Made by a program: the position numbers and the translations under genes | Shown here: positions 14,942 to 22,501 of the stretch, one piece after another | Layout of the letters: each line of letters opens with the position of its first letter | Numbering within the stretch: the stretch's first letter is position 1 | From: an uncultured Rikenellaceae bacterium | GTDB taxonomy: Bacteria > Bacteroidota > Bacteroidia > Bacteroidales > VadinHA17 | DNA: 64,000 nucleotides | Assembly: GCA_963818525.1 (NCBI GenBank) | Contig: CAWFSO010000002.1 | Span: forward strand, 1,097,337-1,161,336 | Direction: 5' to 3' | Notes under the pieces: model-generated | The model's input: only the letters and a program-made list of their open reading frames with translations | The model's database searches: none | What the model was told of the DNA's origin: nothing

Positions 14942-16492
14942 ATGAAAAAATTAATTCTGTTATGTACAATTCTTCTGACCGGCTATTTTATGGCTGATGC
15001 CCAGGTAATTCTGTCAATAGAGATGAATACCGGAAGCGATGATCTGAGAGGAGGCAATGATAACGTAAACCTGATAGTACTTATGAAATCAGGCACACAG
15101 ACAAGGTTTAACAACCTGAATCTCAGTTCACGTCTTGCTGACAATACAACCTATAAGTGTACCCAGATCCTTACACCAGGCAAGGTTGCTGATATCGCAG
15201 GTTTCCGGCTTGAGGCGACGCTGGGCGGTGGCATCGGAGGTGACAACTGGAACCTGAACCGCCTTACTATTTACGGCATTGCCAACAACGTGCCCACAAA
15301 GATGGTTGATGTGAGCGGAAATCCGTTGTTCAGGTTTACAGGAGATCAGAAGGTAAAGGATTTCATGTACACTGCTGCCACTAATACTACCACCACAACA
15401 GCCCCAGCCTCAACCCCATCTGCACCTGCAGTAATGACAAAGTTCAATCCCGGGGTTCACGGGTTCAAATTCATCAATCAGTTCAGTAATATCTTCATCA
15501 GCGGAATTGACTGGTTCACATCGGGTTTATGCGGAGGAATGAGTTATGCGGCACTTGACTACTACAAAACCGGGAAAAAAATTCCACAGCAGAATTATAT
15601 GCCTGCCGAAGGAATGCCTTTGCAGAGCTATCTGTATGACAGGCAGGTGAACTCAATAGTTGCGAATGTTGACCGGTGGGCTGAATTTGGGACTACCAAC
15701 CTGTTCGGGGCACGCAGCAGGGAATTCTTTAACTGGGGACTGCAGAACGGTTCCGGGCAGCTGGGCAGGCTGATGTCATATATTGACAGAGGTGAACCGG
15801 TTGTTCTCGGGCTTTCATCATGCGGGGACGGTTGCGCTGGTGATCACCAGGTAATAGCTATCGGGTACCAGCTCGGAAGGTATAAGGGTGATCTGGGGTA
15901 TTATGCCGATGACCTCACAATCTTCGTCTGTGACCCTAACATCCCGGGGAAGACTGTTAAGCTCAGACCAAACTTCTCCATGGGACATTTTTATTATCCC
16001 GAAGAGAGCAGTAATTACCGCTGGCGCACATATTTCGTCGATACAAAATACAGTCCGAAAACTCCACCGGTAATTACGGATAATCCCAACGAGATAATCG
16101 TGACCTTCACGACAGGCAATGATGACTTGCGCGGCGGAAATGACAATGTAAACTTTAGTATAATGAAAGTTTATAATCCGTCCACCCGTCAGTATACAGA
16201 CATCAGGTTCGCAAATGTAAACAACGGGAAACGCTGGATTAACCGCTCAATGCAGACAATCTCCCGTCCGCTGCCTGATTATGTCACATTTGATCTGCTT
16301 GATGACTTCCTTATAGAAACTACTTTTAGCGGAGGATTAGAGGGTGATAACTGGGATATGAACGGAATAGTCATCTCAGCCCGTATAAACGGAGTGGTCA
16401 AGCAGCTTTACAAAAAGGAAGGCACCCCATTTGTAAGATTTACCGGTGACTTAAAAGGATATAGAATTCAGCTTAAGTTGCTCAAAAGATAG
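14942..16492 (+). CDS. Secreted three-part protein: PLAT/LH2-like domain, Thr/Pro/Ala linker, putative clan-CA Cys-His-Asp core, second PLAT/LH2-like domain
   Basis: Signal peptide. Internal repeat of aa ~21-140 and ~383-516 (TGsDDLRGGNDNVN, GGxxGDNWxxN, PxxRFTGD). Central GLCGGMSYAALDYY (Cys 15530-15532), GDHQVIAIGY (His 15845-15847) and VCDPN (Asp 15932-15934). Domain names are motif-level guesses. Confidence 0.6.
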   Translation: MKKLILLCTILLTGYFMADAQVILSIEMNTGSDDLRGGNDNVNLIVLMKSGTQTRFNNLNLSSRLADNTTYKCTQILTPGKVADIAGFRLEATLGGGIGGDNWNLNRLTIYGIANNVPTKMVDVSGNPLFRFTGDQKVKDFMYTAATNTTTTTAPASTPSAPAVMTKFNPGVHGFKFINQFSNIFISGIDWFTSGLCGGMSYAALDYYKTGKKIPQQNYMPAEGMPLQSYLYDRQVNSIVANVDRWAEFGTTNLFGARSREFFNWGLQNGSGQLGRLMSYIDRGEPVVLGLSSCGDGCAGDHQVIAIGYQLGRYKGDLGYYADDLTIFVCDPNIPGKTVKLRPNFSMGHFYYPEESSNYRWRTYFVDTKYSPKTPPVITDNPNEIIVTFTTGNDDLRGGNDNVNFSIMKVYNPSTRQYTDIRFANVNNGKRWINRSMQTISRPLPDYVTFDLLDDFLIETTFSGGLEGDNWDMNGIVISARINGVVKQLYKKEGTPFVRFTGDLKGYRIQLKLLKR

Positions 16493-16642
16493 ATCCGGGA
16501 GCAGAACCGGCCGTAAGGAAAGATGTATCGATGGAGATGGAAAGAGATGAAAGGCAAAAGGCAGGTTGAGGCGTTAAAAAGGAAAGGGGTAAGATGAGGT
16601 GAGATTTATCCGAGGCACATAATCTGAAAACGAGGACTCAGT

Positions 16643-16686
16643 AAAAAAAACTGCCCCGGGCATTTAACCGGGGCAGTTTTGATTTT
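16643..16686. terminator. Strong bidirectional intrinsic terminator
   Basis: aaaaaaaa-CTGCCCCGG-gcatttaa-CCGGGGCAG-ttttgatttt. A 9-bp GC-rich stem flanked by an A-tract and a T-tract, immediately 3' of tRNA-Leu(CAG) and downstream of the 14942-16492 gene. Confidence 0.85.
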
Positions 16687-16687
16687 G

Positions 16688-16771
16688 TGCCCAGAACAGG
16701 ACTCGAACCTGCACATCATTGCTGATACTAGTCCCTGAAACTAGCGCGTCTACCAATTTCGCCATCTGGGC
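16688..16771 (-). tRNA. tRNA-Leu (anticodon CAG), type II; CCA not encoded
   Basis: Manual fold: acceptor GCCCAGA/TCTGGGC, anticodon stem CTAGT/ACTAG with loop TTCAGGG, long variable arm, T-loop TTCGAGT, discriminator A. Confidence 0.9.
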
Positions 16772-16791
16772 TACTTGAATAATAGCGGGTG

Positions 16792-16799
16792 CAAAAATA
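16792..16799 (-). promoter_or_regulatory. Candidate -7 promoter box TATTTTTG for tRNA-Leu(CAG)
   Basis: TAnnTTTG on the minus strand, about 21 nt upstream of the mature tRNA 5' end. Same geometry as the other tRNA-Leu. Confidence 0.45.
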
Positions 16800-16871
16800 A
16801 AGATTTTTTTTAATCCATCAGTCTCTTTACCGAAAAGAGGGAAAATTTCGCAGACAATTTTCACTTTTGTA

Positions 16872-16879
16872 TATATTTG
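16872..16879 (+). promoter_or_regulatory. Candidate -7 promoter box TATATTTG for lysC-lysA
   Basis: TAnnTTTG about 58 nt upstream of ATG 16937. Confidence 0.4.
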
Positions 16880-16936
16880 ATCCCCAAAATACGGTGTGCT
16901 TGCCTCATCGGCGGCGCCATGTACATAAAAAATTAA

Positions 16937-18256
16937 ATGAAGGTCTATAAATTCGGGGGCACATCAGTGGGCAGTCCAGATCGCTTCAGGGCGCTGGTCC
17001 CGCTGATCAGCGACGGTGAACTGAAGATTGTCGTTCTGTCGGCCATGGCGGGAACCACCAATGCGCTGGTGGAAATATCCGACCTGTTTTCAGCGGGCGA
17101 CAGGAACGAGGCAGGAAGGAAGAGCGAGTCGCTGCGCAAACAGTACCACCAGGTAGCTGATGAGTTGTTCGCCTCCTCCACGTGGTCCGAGAGGGCGCAT
17201 GACCTGATTGATGAACATTTCAACTATATAATTACGCTTTTTACACGTGAGTTCAGCCGCCACAATGAGAAGCGCATCCTGGCCCGGGGTGAGTTGATCT
17301 CCACGGCCCTGCTACATTTTCTTCTTGCTGAGACCGGGATTCCCTCCCTCCTGCTTCCCGCCCTCAATTTCATGAGGATAGACAAGGATGGCGAGCCGGA
17401 CTATTTCTATATAAGGGAGAACCTGAAGCGTGAGCTGTCAGCGGTTAACGATGAAAAGATCATCATCACCCAGGGATTCATCTGCCGTAACGTTTACGGT
17501 GAGACTGACAACCTGCGCCGAGGGGGCAGTGACTACAGTGCCACCATCATAGGAGCAGCTATCGGGGCGCAGGAGGTGCAGATCTGGACAGACATAAGCG
17601 GTCTGCACAACAATGACCCGAGGTTCGTTGAGAATACCAGCGTGATCAGGAATCTCTCCTTTGGTGAAGCCGCTGAGCTTGCCTACTTCGGCGCCAAGAT
17701 ACTTCATCCCTCAAGCATCAATCCCGCCCGCCTCAAAAACATACCCGTCAGGCTCAAGAATACCATGGAGCCAGCCGACGAAGGCACTCTGATCACATCC
17801 TCCTCGACTTATGAAGACTACAAGGCTGTGGCGGCCAAAGACGGCATTATCGCTCTGCGGATACGGTCTGACAGGATGCTGATGGCTTACGGTTTCATGA
17901 GGCGCATCTTCGAGGCTTTCGAAGCATTCAAGACCCCTATTGACATGATAACCACATCAGAAGTATCTGTTTCACTGACAATTGACGATCCAACTTATCT
18001 TGATGACATAGTAAAGACCCTTGGCTCGATAGGTGTTGTGGAGGTCGAAAGGGAGCAGACGATTATCTGCGTTGTGGGCGACTTCCGTCCGGGCAGGGTC
18101 GGGTCAGCGCCCGAGATATTCGAAGCCCTGAATGAGATCCCCGTCAAGATGATCTCATACGGAGGCAGTGAAAACAGTGTATCAATACTCATCAATACGA
18201 GTGACAAGATGGTTGCCCTCAGGTCACTAAGTGCAAAACTTTTTCCCGGAAAATAA
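16937..18256 (+). CDS. lysC: Aspartate kinase (monofunctional, with C-terminal ACT domains)
   Basis: N-terminus MKVYKFGGTSVG, with GGSDYSA and AKILHP motifs. Confidence 0.92.
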   Translation: MKVYKFGGTSVGSPDRFRALVPLISDGELKIVVLSAMAGTTNALVEISDLFSAGDRNEAGRKSESLRKQYHQVADELFASSTWSERAHDLIDEHFNYIITLFTREFSRHNEKRILARGELISTALLHFLLAETGIPSLLLPALNFMRIDKDGEPDYFYIRENLKRELSAVNDEKIIITQGFICRNVYGETDNLRRGGSDYSATIIGAAIGAQEVQIWTDISGLHNNDPRFVENTSVIRNLSFGEAAELAYFGAKILHPSSINPARLKNIPVRLKNTMEPADEGTLITSSSTYEDYKAVAAKDGIIALRIRSDRMLMAYGFMRRIFEAFEAFKTPIDMITTSEVSVSLTIDDPTYLDDIVKTLGSIGVVEVEREQTIICVVGDFRPGRVGSAPEIFEALNEIPVKMISYGGSENSVSILINTSDKMVALRSLSAKLFPGK

Positions 18257-19407
18257 TGTTCACGAATGAAGTAACAGAACGGCTGAGGAGACACGAGACT
18301 CCGTTTTACTATTACGATCTTGATATGTTGCGCGAAACACTCTCAGTGGCGGCCGGAGAGGCTGCCAACAGGGGATTCAGCGTGCACTATGCCGTCAAGG
18401 CCAATTTTAATCCCGTGATCATGAAGATCATAGCGGGGTACGGATTAGGGGCCGACTGCGTCAGCGGCAACGAGATCGAGCTTGCAGTGAGTTGCGGTTT
18501 TCCCGCCGCCGAGACGGTTTTTGCAGGTGTGGGGAAGAGTGACAGGGAGATAGAGACCGCCCTTAATCTTGGCATCAAGTGCTTCAACGTGGAATCCTCT
18601 GCGGAGCTTGAGGTCATAAATGAGATTGCAGGCAGGTTGGGCAGGAAGGCTGCCGTAGCTCTCCGGATCAATCCCAATGTTGAGGCGCACACCCTCCGGC
18701 ACATCACCACCGGTACCGATGAGAACAAATTCGGCATAAGGATAGCCGAGCTTGAAAAGGTTACAGCTCTCTTCCCTGAGCTCGGAAACATTGAATACAG
18801 GGGCATTCATTTCCACATCGGGTCACAGATCACCGACCTTCATGTATACCGCAATCTCTGCTCCAGGGTTAACGAGATATGGCAATGGCTCACCGACAGG
18901 GGTCTGGAGCCTGACGACATCAACGTGGGCGGAGGCCTTGGGATCAGCTATGATGACCCGGACCGTTTCCCGCCGTTTGCAGATTACTTTGACATTTTCC
19001 GCGAGCATCTTGACAGGAAGATACGCAGCACCATCTCTTTCGAGCTTGGCAGGTCATTGACCGCCGGCTGCGGCTCACTGATATCGAAGGTGCTCTATGT
19101 CAAGCCGGGTGTCAATGAGACTTTCCTGATCCTCGATGCGGGCATGACCGACCTCCTGAGGCCTGCCCTTTACCATGCGTATCATCGAATAGACAATCTT
19201 ACCTCGGCGCTTCCATTAAAGAAATACACTGTAGCGGGCCCGATCTGCGAGACCACTGACCTCTTCGGGAAATTCATTGCCATGCCTGAGACCAGGCGTG
19301 GTGATCTGATTGCCATACGGTCGGCAGGCGCATACGGTGAGGTGATGGCGATGCGTTACAACATGCGGTCACTTCCGGGTTCGGTATTCTCTGATGACCT
19401 GGAGTGA
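18256..19407 (+). CDS. lysA: Diaminopimelate decarboxylase
   Basis: PLP-dependent Orn/DAP/Arg decarboxylase (YAVKAN PLP-Lys motif, GGGLGI, CETTD). TAATG overlap with the lysC stop. Confidence 0.9.
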   Translation: MFTNEVTERLRRHETPFYYYDLDMLRETLSVAAGEAANRGFSVHYAVKANFNPVIMKIIAGYGLGADCVSGNEIELAVSCGFPAAETVFAGVGKSDREIETALNLGIKCFNVESSAELEVINEIAGRLGRKAAVALRINPNVEAHTLRHITTGTDENKFGIRIAELEKVTALFPELGNIEYRGIHFHIGSQITDLHVYRNLCSRVNEIWQWLTDRGLEPDDINVGGGLGISYDDPDRFPPFADYFDIFREHLDRKIRSTISFELGRSLTAGCGSLISKVLYVKPGVNETFLILDAGMTDLLRPALYHAYHRIDNLTSALPLKKYTVAGPICETTDLFGKFIAMPETRRGDLIAIRSAGAYGEVMAMRYNMRSLPGSVFSDDLE

Positions 19408-19414
19408 TCGGGAG

Positions 19415-19564
19415 TTGCGATTTTCGATTTGCGATTGTCGAATTTTAATATCAAAAATTGGGTTTGCGATTGGCGAATTGCGATTGTCGATTACACGAAT
19501 CCCTACATCTCAAATTGCAGATTTAATCACGCGATTCGCAAATCGCAAATCGCAAATCGCAAAT
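19415..19564. repeat. Inverted heptamer-repeat element: left arrays 19415-19446 and 19463-19492 (TTGCGAT-type units), right array 19534-19564 (ATTCGCA then AATCGCA x3)
   Basis: Read directly. It lies between the convergent lysA stop (19407) and the small minus-strand ORF stop (19604) and abuts a terminator. Confidence 0.9.
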
Positions 19565-19591
19565 AAAAAAAGCTGCCGGGGCAGCTTTTTT
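19565..19591. terminator. Bidirectional intrinsic terminator
   Basis: aaaaaa-AGCTGC-cggg-GCAGCT-ttttt. Confidence 0.75.
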
Positions 19592-19603
19592 CGTATCGTT
19601 GTT

Positions 19604-19816
19604 TCAGCTTTTTTTCTTACGCAGCTTCTTCACCGGATCGGAGAGGAAGAGCATGACCAGCCCGAACAGCAGTGTACAAATACCCGATATCAGGTTAACA
19701 TTCAGGTCAAGCGAACGGGCGTACATAACATCACCCATCGTGGCCAGGCCGTAAACCGTAATGATCAGCCCGAATATCGAGAACATCAGTCCAATCGGAA
19801 ATCTTATATCCAACAT
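19604..19816 (-). CDS. Small two-TM membrane protein (70 aa) directly downstream of the sodium:solute symporter
   Basis: Two hydrophobic helices (PIGLMFSIFGLIITVYGLA, ISGICTLLFGLVMLFL) and a basic tail KKLRKKKS. An 18-nt gap to the symporter stop and the terminator just downstream. No family recognised. Confidence 0.55.
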   Translation of the reverse strand: MLDIRFPIGLMFSIFGLIITVYGLATMGDVMYARSLDLNVNLISGICTLLFGLVMLFLSDPVKKLRKKKS

Positions 19817-19834
19817 GATCTTAGTTTTTTAAGG

Positions 19835-21565
19835 TTACCAGAACAAAATTGAGAGCACAATCATGATGATTCCTACGATGAGTGCAAGGAACCAGGGTCT
19901 CTTGTACCACATCACGCCGCTGTCATCAAGTTTCTTTGTCATGGAGTAGACAAGTCCGTCAAGTTCTGCATCAGTCTTTGTGCGTTTCGAAAGCAGTGAG
20001 ATAACCACGGTAAGGAGTGTTGAGGTGGTAAAGGCGATTATTGCCGTCCAGAAGTTCTGGGCCATCTCAACCGGGTAGGTATGTATCACACCCAGCCAGC
20101 CTCCCTTGACAAGGGTTGTTGCACCCTCGGGCTGCGTAAGGCCATGGTGTACCAGTGCTATCATGAAGCCGGCAAGCAGCCCGGTAAATGCCGCGTTGCC
20201 TGTCGACCGTTTCCAGAACATTCCCAGGAATATCACCGCGAAGAGCGGTGCGTTGATCATCGAGAAGATCGTCTGGAGGAAGTCCATGATGTTGCCGAAC
20301 TTACTGGCAATATAAGCTGCTGCAATGGAGACAATCACTCCAAAGACCGTCGCCATCTTGCCCACCTTGAGATAATGCCTGTCATCTACATCCTTGTTCC
20401 CTGTAGCGGGACGGATGTAGCTCTGGTAAATGTCATAGGTCCAGACTGTATTGAATGCCGAGACATTTCCGGCCATCCCTGACATGAATGATGCCAGGAG
20501 TGCCGTTACGCCAAGGCCAAGGACCCCTGCAGGCAGGTACTGCTTGAGCAGCATGATGATGGTGTAGTCGTATATAGGTTGTCCGGCGTCATTCAGCGGC
20601 AGTGCGAATCCTTTCAGGGGGTCATTGAGCAGTACGAGGGCTGCAATGCCAGGGACGATGATAAGGAAGGGGATGAACATTTTGGGAATGGCACCGATGA
20701 GGGGCACCTTGCGTGCTGCGGTCATCGATTCGGCTGCCATGGCACGCTGAACGATCAGGAAGTTCGTGCACCAGTAACCAAATGAAAGCACAAATCCCAG
20801 TCCTGCAAAGATACCGTACCATGCTACCCCGAGCGGGTTTCCCGTTTCGGTGGCGGTATATTTCCACGTTGTTGTCCATGTGTCTGCTGCAAATCCCTTA
20901 CTCTCCACTATAGGAGCCAGGCTGGCCTGCATGCCGTCCCATCCTCCCACGTCCTTCATCACGAGGATAGCCATTGGCAGGAGGCCGATGATAATTATGA
21001 AGAACTGAAGCACTTCGTTGTAAATGGCCGAAGAGAGTCCTCCGAGGTAGGTGTAGGCAAGCACTATTGCTGCCGAAGCCAGGAGTGATACATTGAAGTT
21101 CCACCCAAGCACATTCTCAAGCAGGATAGCCAGTGCGTACATTGAGATACCCGACGCCAGGACGGTCATGACCGCAAAGAGTATGGCGTTCAGTCCGCGC
21201 GTCTTCTCGTTGAAACGAAGCTTAAGATACTCAGGTACTGAACGGGCTTTGGAGCCATAGTAAAACCGCATCATGAAAAGGGCCAGGAAGACCATTGCTG
21301 GTATGGCACCTATCCAGTAGAAGTGGGTGGTGAGCATTCCGTACTTGAGGCCTGAACCTGTCATGCCCATCACCTCGAGGGCGCCCAGGTTGGTGGAGAT
21401 GAATGCCAGTCCTGCCACCCAGGCGGGGATGGATCTTCCCGCCTCAAGAAAGGCAGAGGCATTCTTCATGTATTTCTTAAGGGCCCACCCGATACCCAGT
21501 ACAAAAACGAAATAGACTATCATTATCAGATAGTCTATCCCGGCAAGGGCAAATTTTGTATCCAT
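19835..21565 (-). CDS. Sodium:solute symporter (SSS/SLC5 family, SGLT-like)
   Basis: 576 aa with about 14 TM helices and typical SSS N-terminal region (YFVFVLGIGW..., GRSIPAWVAG). Confidence 0.85.
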   Translation of the reverse strand: MDTKFALAGIDYLIMIVYFVFVLGIGWALKKYMKNASAFLEAGRSIPAWVAGLAFISTNLGALEVMGMTGSGLKYGMLTTHFYWIGAIPAMVFLALFMMRFYYGSKARSVPEYLKLRFNEKTRGLNAILFAVMTVLASGISMYALAILLENVLGWNFNVSLLASAAIVLAYTYLGGLSSAIYNEVLQFFIIIIGLLPMAILVMKDVGGWDGMQASLAPIVESKGFAADTWTTTWKYTATETGNPLGVAWYGIFAGLGFVLSFGYWCTNFLIVQRAMAAESMTAARKVPLIGAIPKMFIPFLIIVPGIAALVLLNDPLKGFALPLNDAGQPIYDYTIIMLLKQYLPAGVLGLGVTALLASFMSGMAGNVSAFNTVWTYDIYQSYIRPATGNKDVDDRHYLKVGKMATVFGVIVSIAAAYIASKFGNIMDFLQTIFSMINAPLFAVIFLGMFWKRSTGNAAFTGLLAGFMIALVHHGLTQPEGATTLVKGGWLGVIHTYPVEMAQNFWTAIIAFTTSTLLTVVISLLSKRTKTDAELDGLVYSMTKKLDDSGVMWYKRPWFLALIVGIIMIVLSILFW

Positions 21566-21656
21566 TTGGTTATTCCGATTAGGTTAGTGAACTCACAAAC
21601 TTAGCGAAATTTATTAAATGGAGTAATTGGTCAAATTATTTTGTGTTTCTGTCAGA

Positions 21657-22355
21657 TTACTTCTTCCTGCTGGCTGGGATGGTTCTTTCCTTGAGGGGTG
21701 TAACCTGGCTCCTGTCGCGTTTTGCTCCTGCACTCTTTGTGCCCGTATAATCCACCCATGCGATGAACTGGTTGAGTTCGTTTTTGAGAAGCGAGTAGGT
21801 CATCATATACTGGAGACCATTCTGTTCATTCCTGAAAGCCCAGTTGTTATGGTTGGCCTGCCAGACATCAATATAATACACACGGGGTTGCAGGTTGGTG
21901 AATACCACTTTGCCCGAGGCGTTGGTGAAGCCTTCAATAATGGCGTTTGTCTCATTGTCCCAATCGGTCAGGGTTGGATAAAGTATCACACTGGCCCCCT
22001 GCACAGGGTACTCTTCATACCATTCAAGCACCTCGACCTCAAGCATGGTTGGAGACAGAACCTCTATATCCAGATAGGACCTGTCTACATAACCTGACTT
22101 CGAGTAAGCGCTCAGGATCACCGTGAAGACACCTGAGGCTGAGTAAGAGTGAACGGGCTCAAATGCGTCCGACCAGGTGCCGTCGCCGAAATCCCATTCA
22201 TAATCAATTGCGTTATGCGATCCGTTGAAGAAGAAGATCTCCTCTCCTATCTCAGCCTCAATCTTATCAGTAAAGAAGTAAGCATCGGGCTTGACGTCGC
22301 ATGAGCTGAGCATTATCGCTGCTGCTGCTACCGTTGAGATTAATAATCTTTTCAT
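21657..22355 (-). CDS. PKD-domain lipoprotein with a C-terminal beta-sandwich (carboxypeptidase-regulatory-like) domain
   Basis: Lipobox IMLSSC and PKD signature YEWDFGDGT. C-terminal domain function unknown. Confidence 0.65.
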   Translation of the reverse strand: MKRLLISTVAAAAIMLSSCDVKPDAYFFTDKIEAEIGEEIFFFNGSHNAIDYEWDFGDGTWSDAFEPVHSYSASGVFTVILSAYSKSGYVDRSYLDIEVLSPTMLEVEVLEWYEEYPVQGASVILYPTLTDWDNETNAIIEGFTNASGKVVFTNLQPRVYYIDVWQANHNNWAFRNEQNGLQYMMTYSLLKNELNQFIAWVDYTGTKSAGAKRDRSQVTPLKERTIPASRKK

Positions 22356-22471
22356 GACTGCCGTTGTTAGTGGTATTTCATTAAATCCAAAATCTGTGCC
22401 AATAAATATTTTAACGAAAAGGAGCCGGTTGCAGCTTCATTTCCTGCACCAGATCGTGTCAAAAAAAACAT

Positions 22472-22479
22472 TATCTTTG
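22472..22479 (+). promoter_or_regulatory. Candidate -7 promoter box TATCTTTG for thrS
   Basis: TAnnTTTG 23 nt upstream of ATG 22502. Confidence 0.5.
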
Positions 22480-22501
22480 CGAACTATTTAAAATTTGGTA
22501 T

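Noticed and set aside
10903-16771. Integrative element using tRNA-Leu as an attachment site
   Set aside because: The two flanking tRNAs are complete genes with different anticodons rather than a tRNA plus a duplicated 3' fragment. No integrase, excisionase or transfer genes are present. Only the weaker islet hypothesis is kept as a finding.
16664-16864. 66-aa minus-strand ORF
   Set aside because: It overlaps tRNA-Leu(CAG) and its promoter region and is explained entirely by the tRNA gene.
16865-16936. Lysine riboswitch (L-box) upstream of lysC
   Set aside because: Only about 58 nt lie between the candidate promoter box and the ATG, far too short for an L-box. I could not find the conserved helices or loop motifs.
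19394-19852. 152-aa ORF translating the heptamer arrays (and ORF 25594-25902 doing the same at the rplT/lepB junction)
   Set aside because: The open frame is a by-product of stop-poor repeats and overlaps better-supported minus-strand genes. Because the unit is 7 bp, the peptide changes frame relative to the repeat every unit, which is not expected for a coding repeat.
22356-22501. T-box or ThrRS operator-like leader upstream of thrS
   Set aside because: The candidate promoter box is 23 nt from the ATG, leaving no room for a leader structure. No specifier or T-box sequence is seen.
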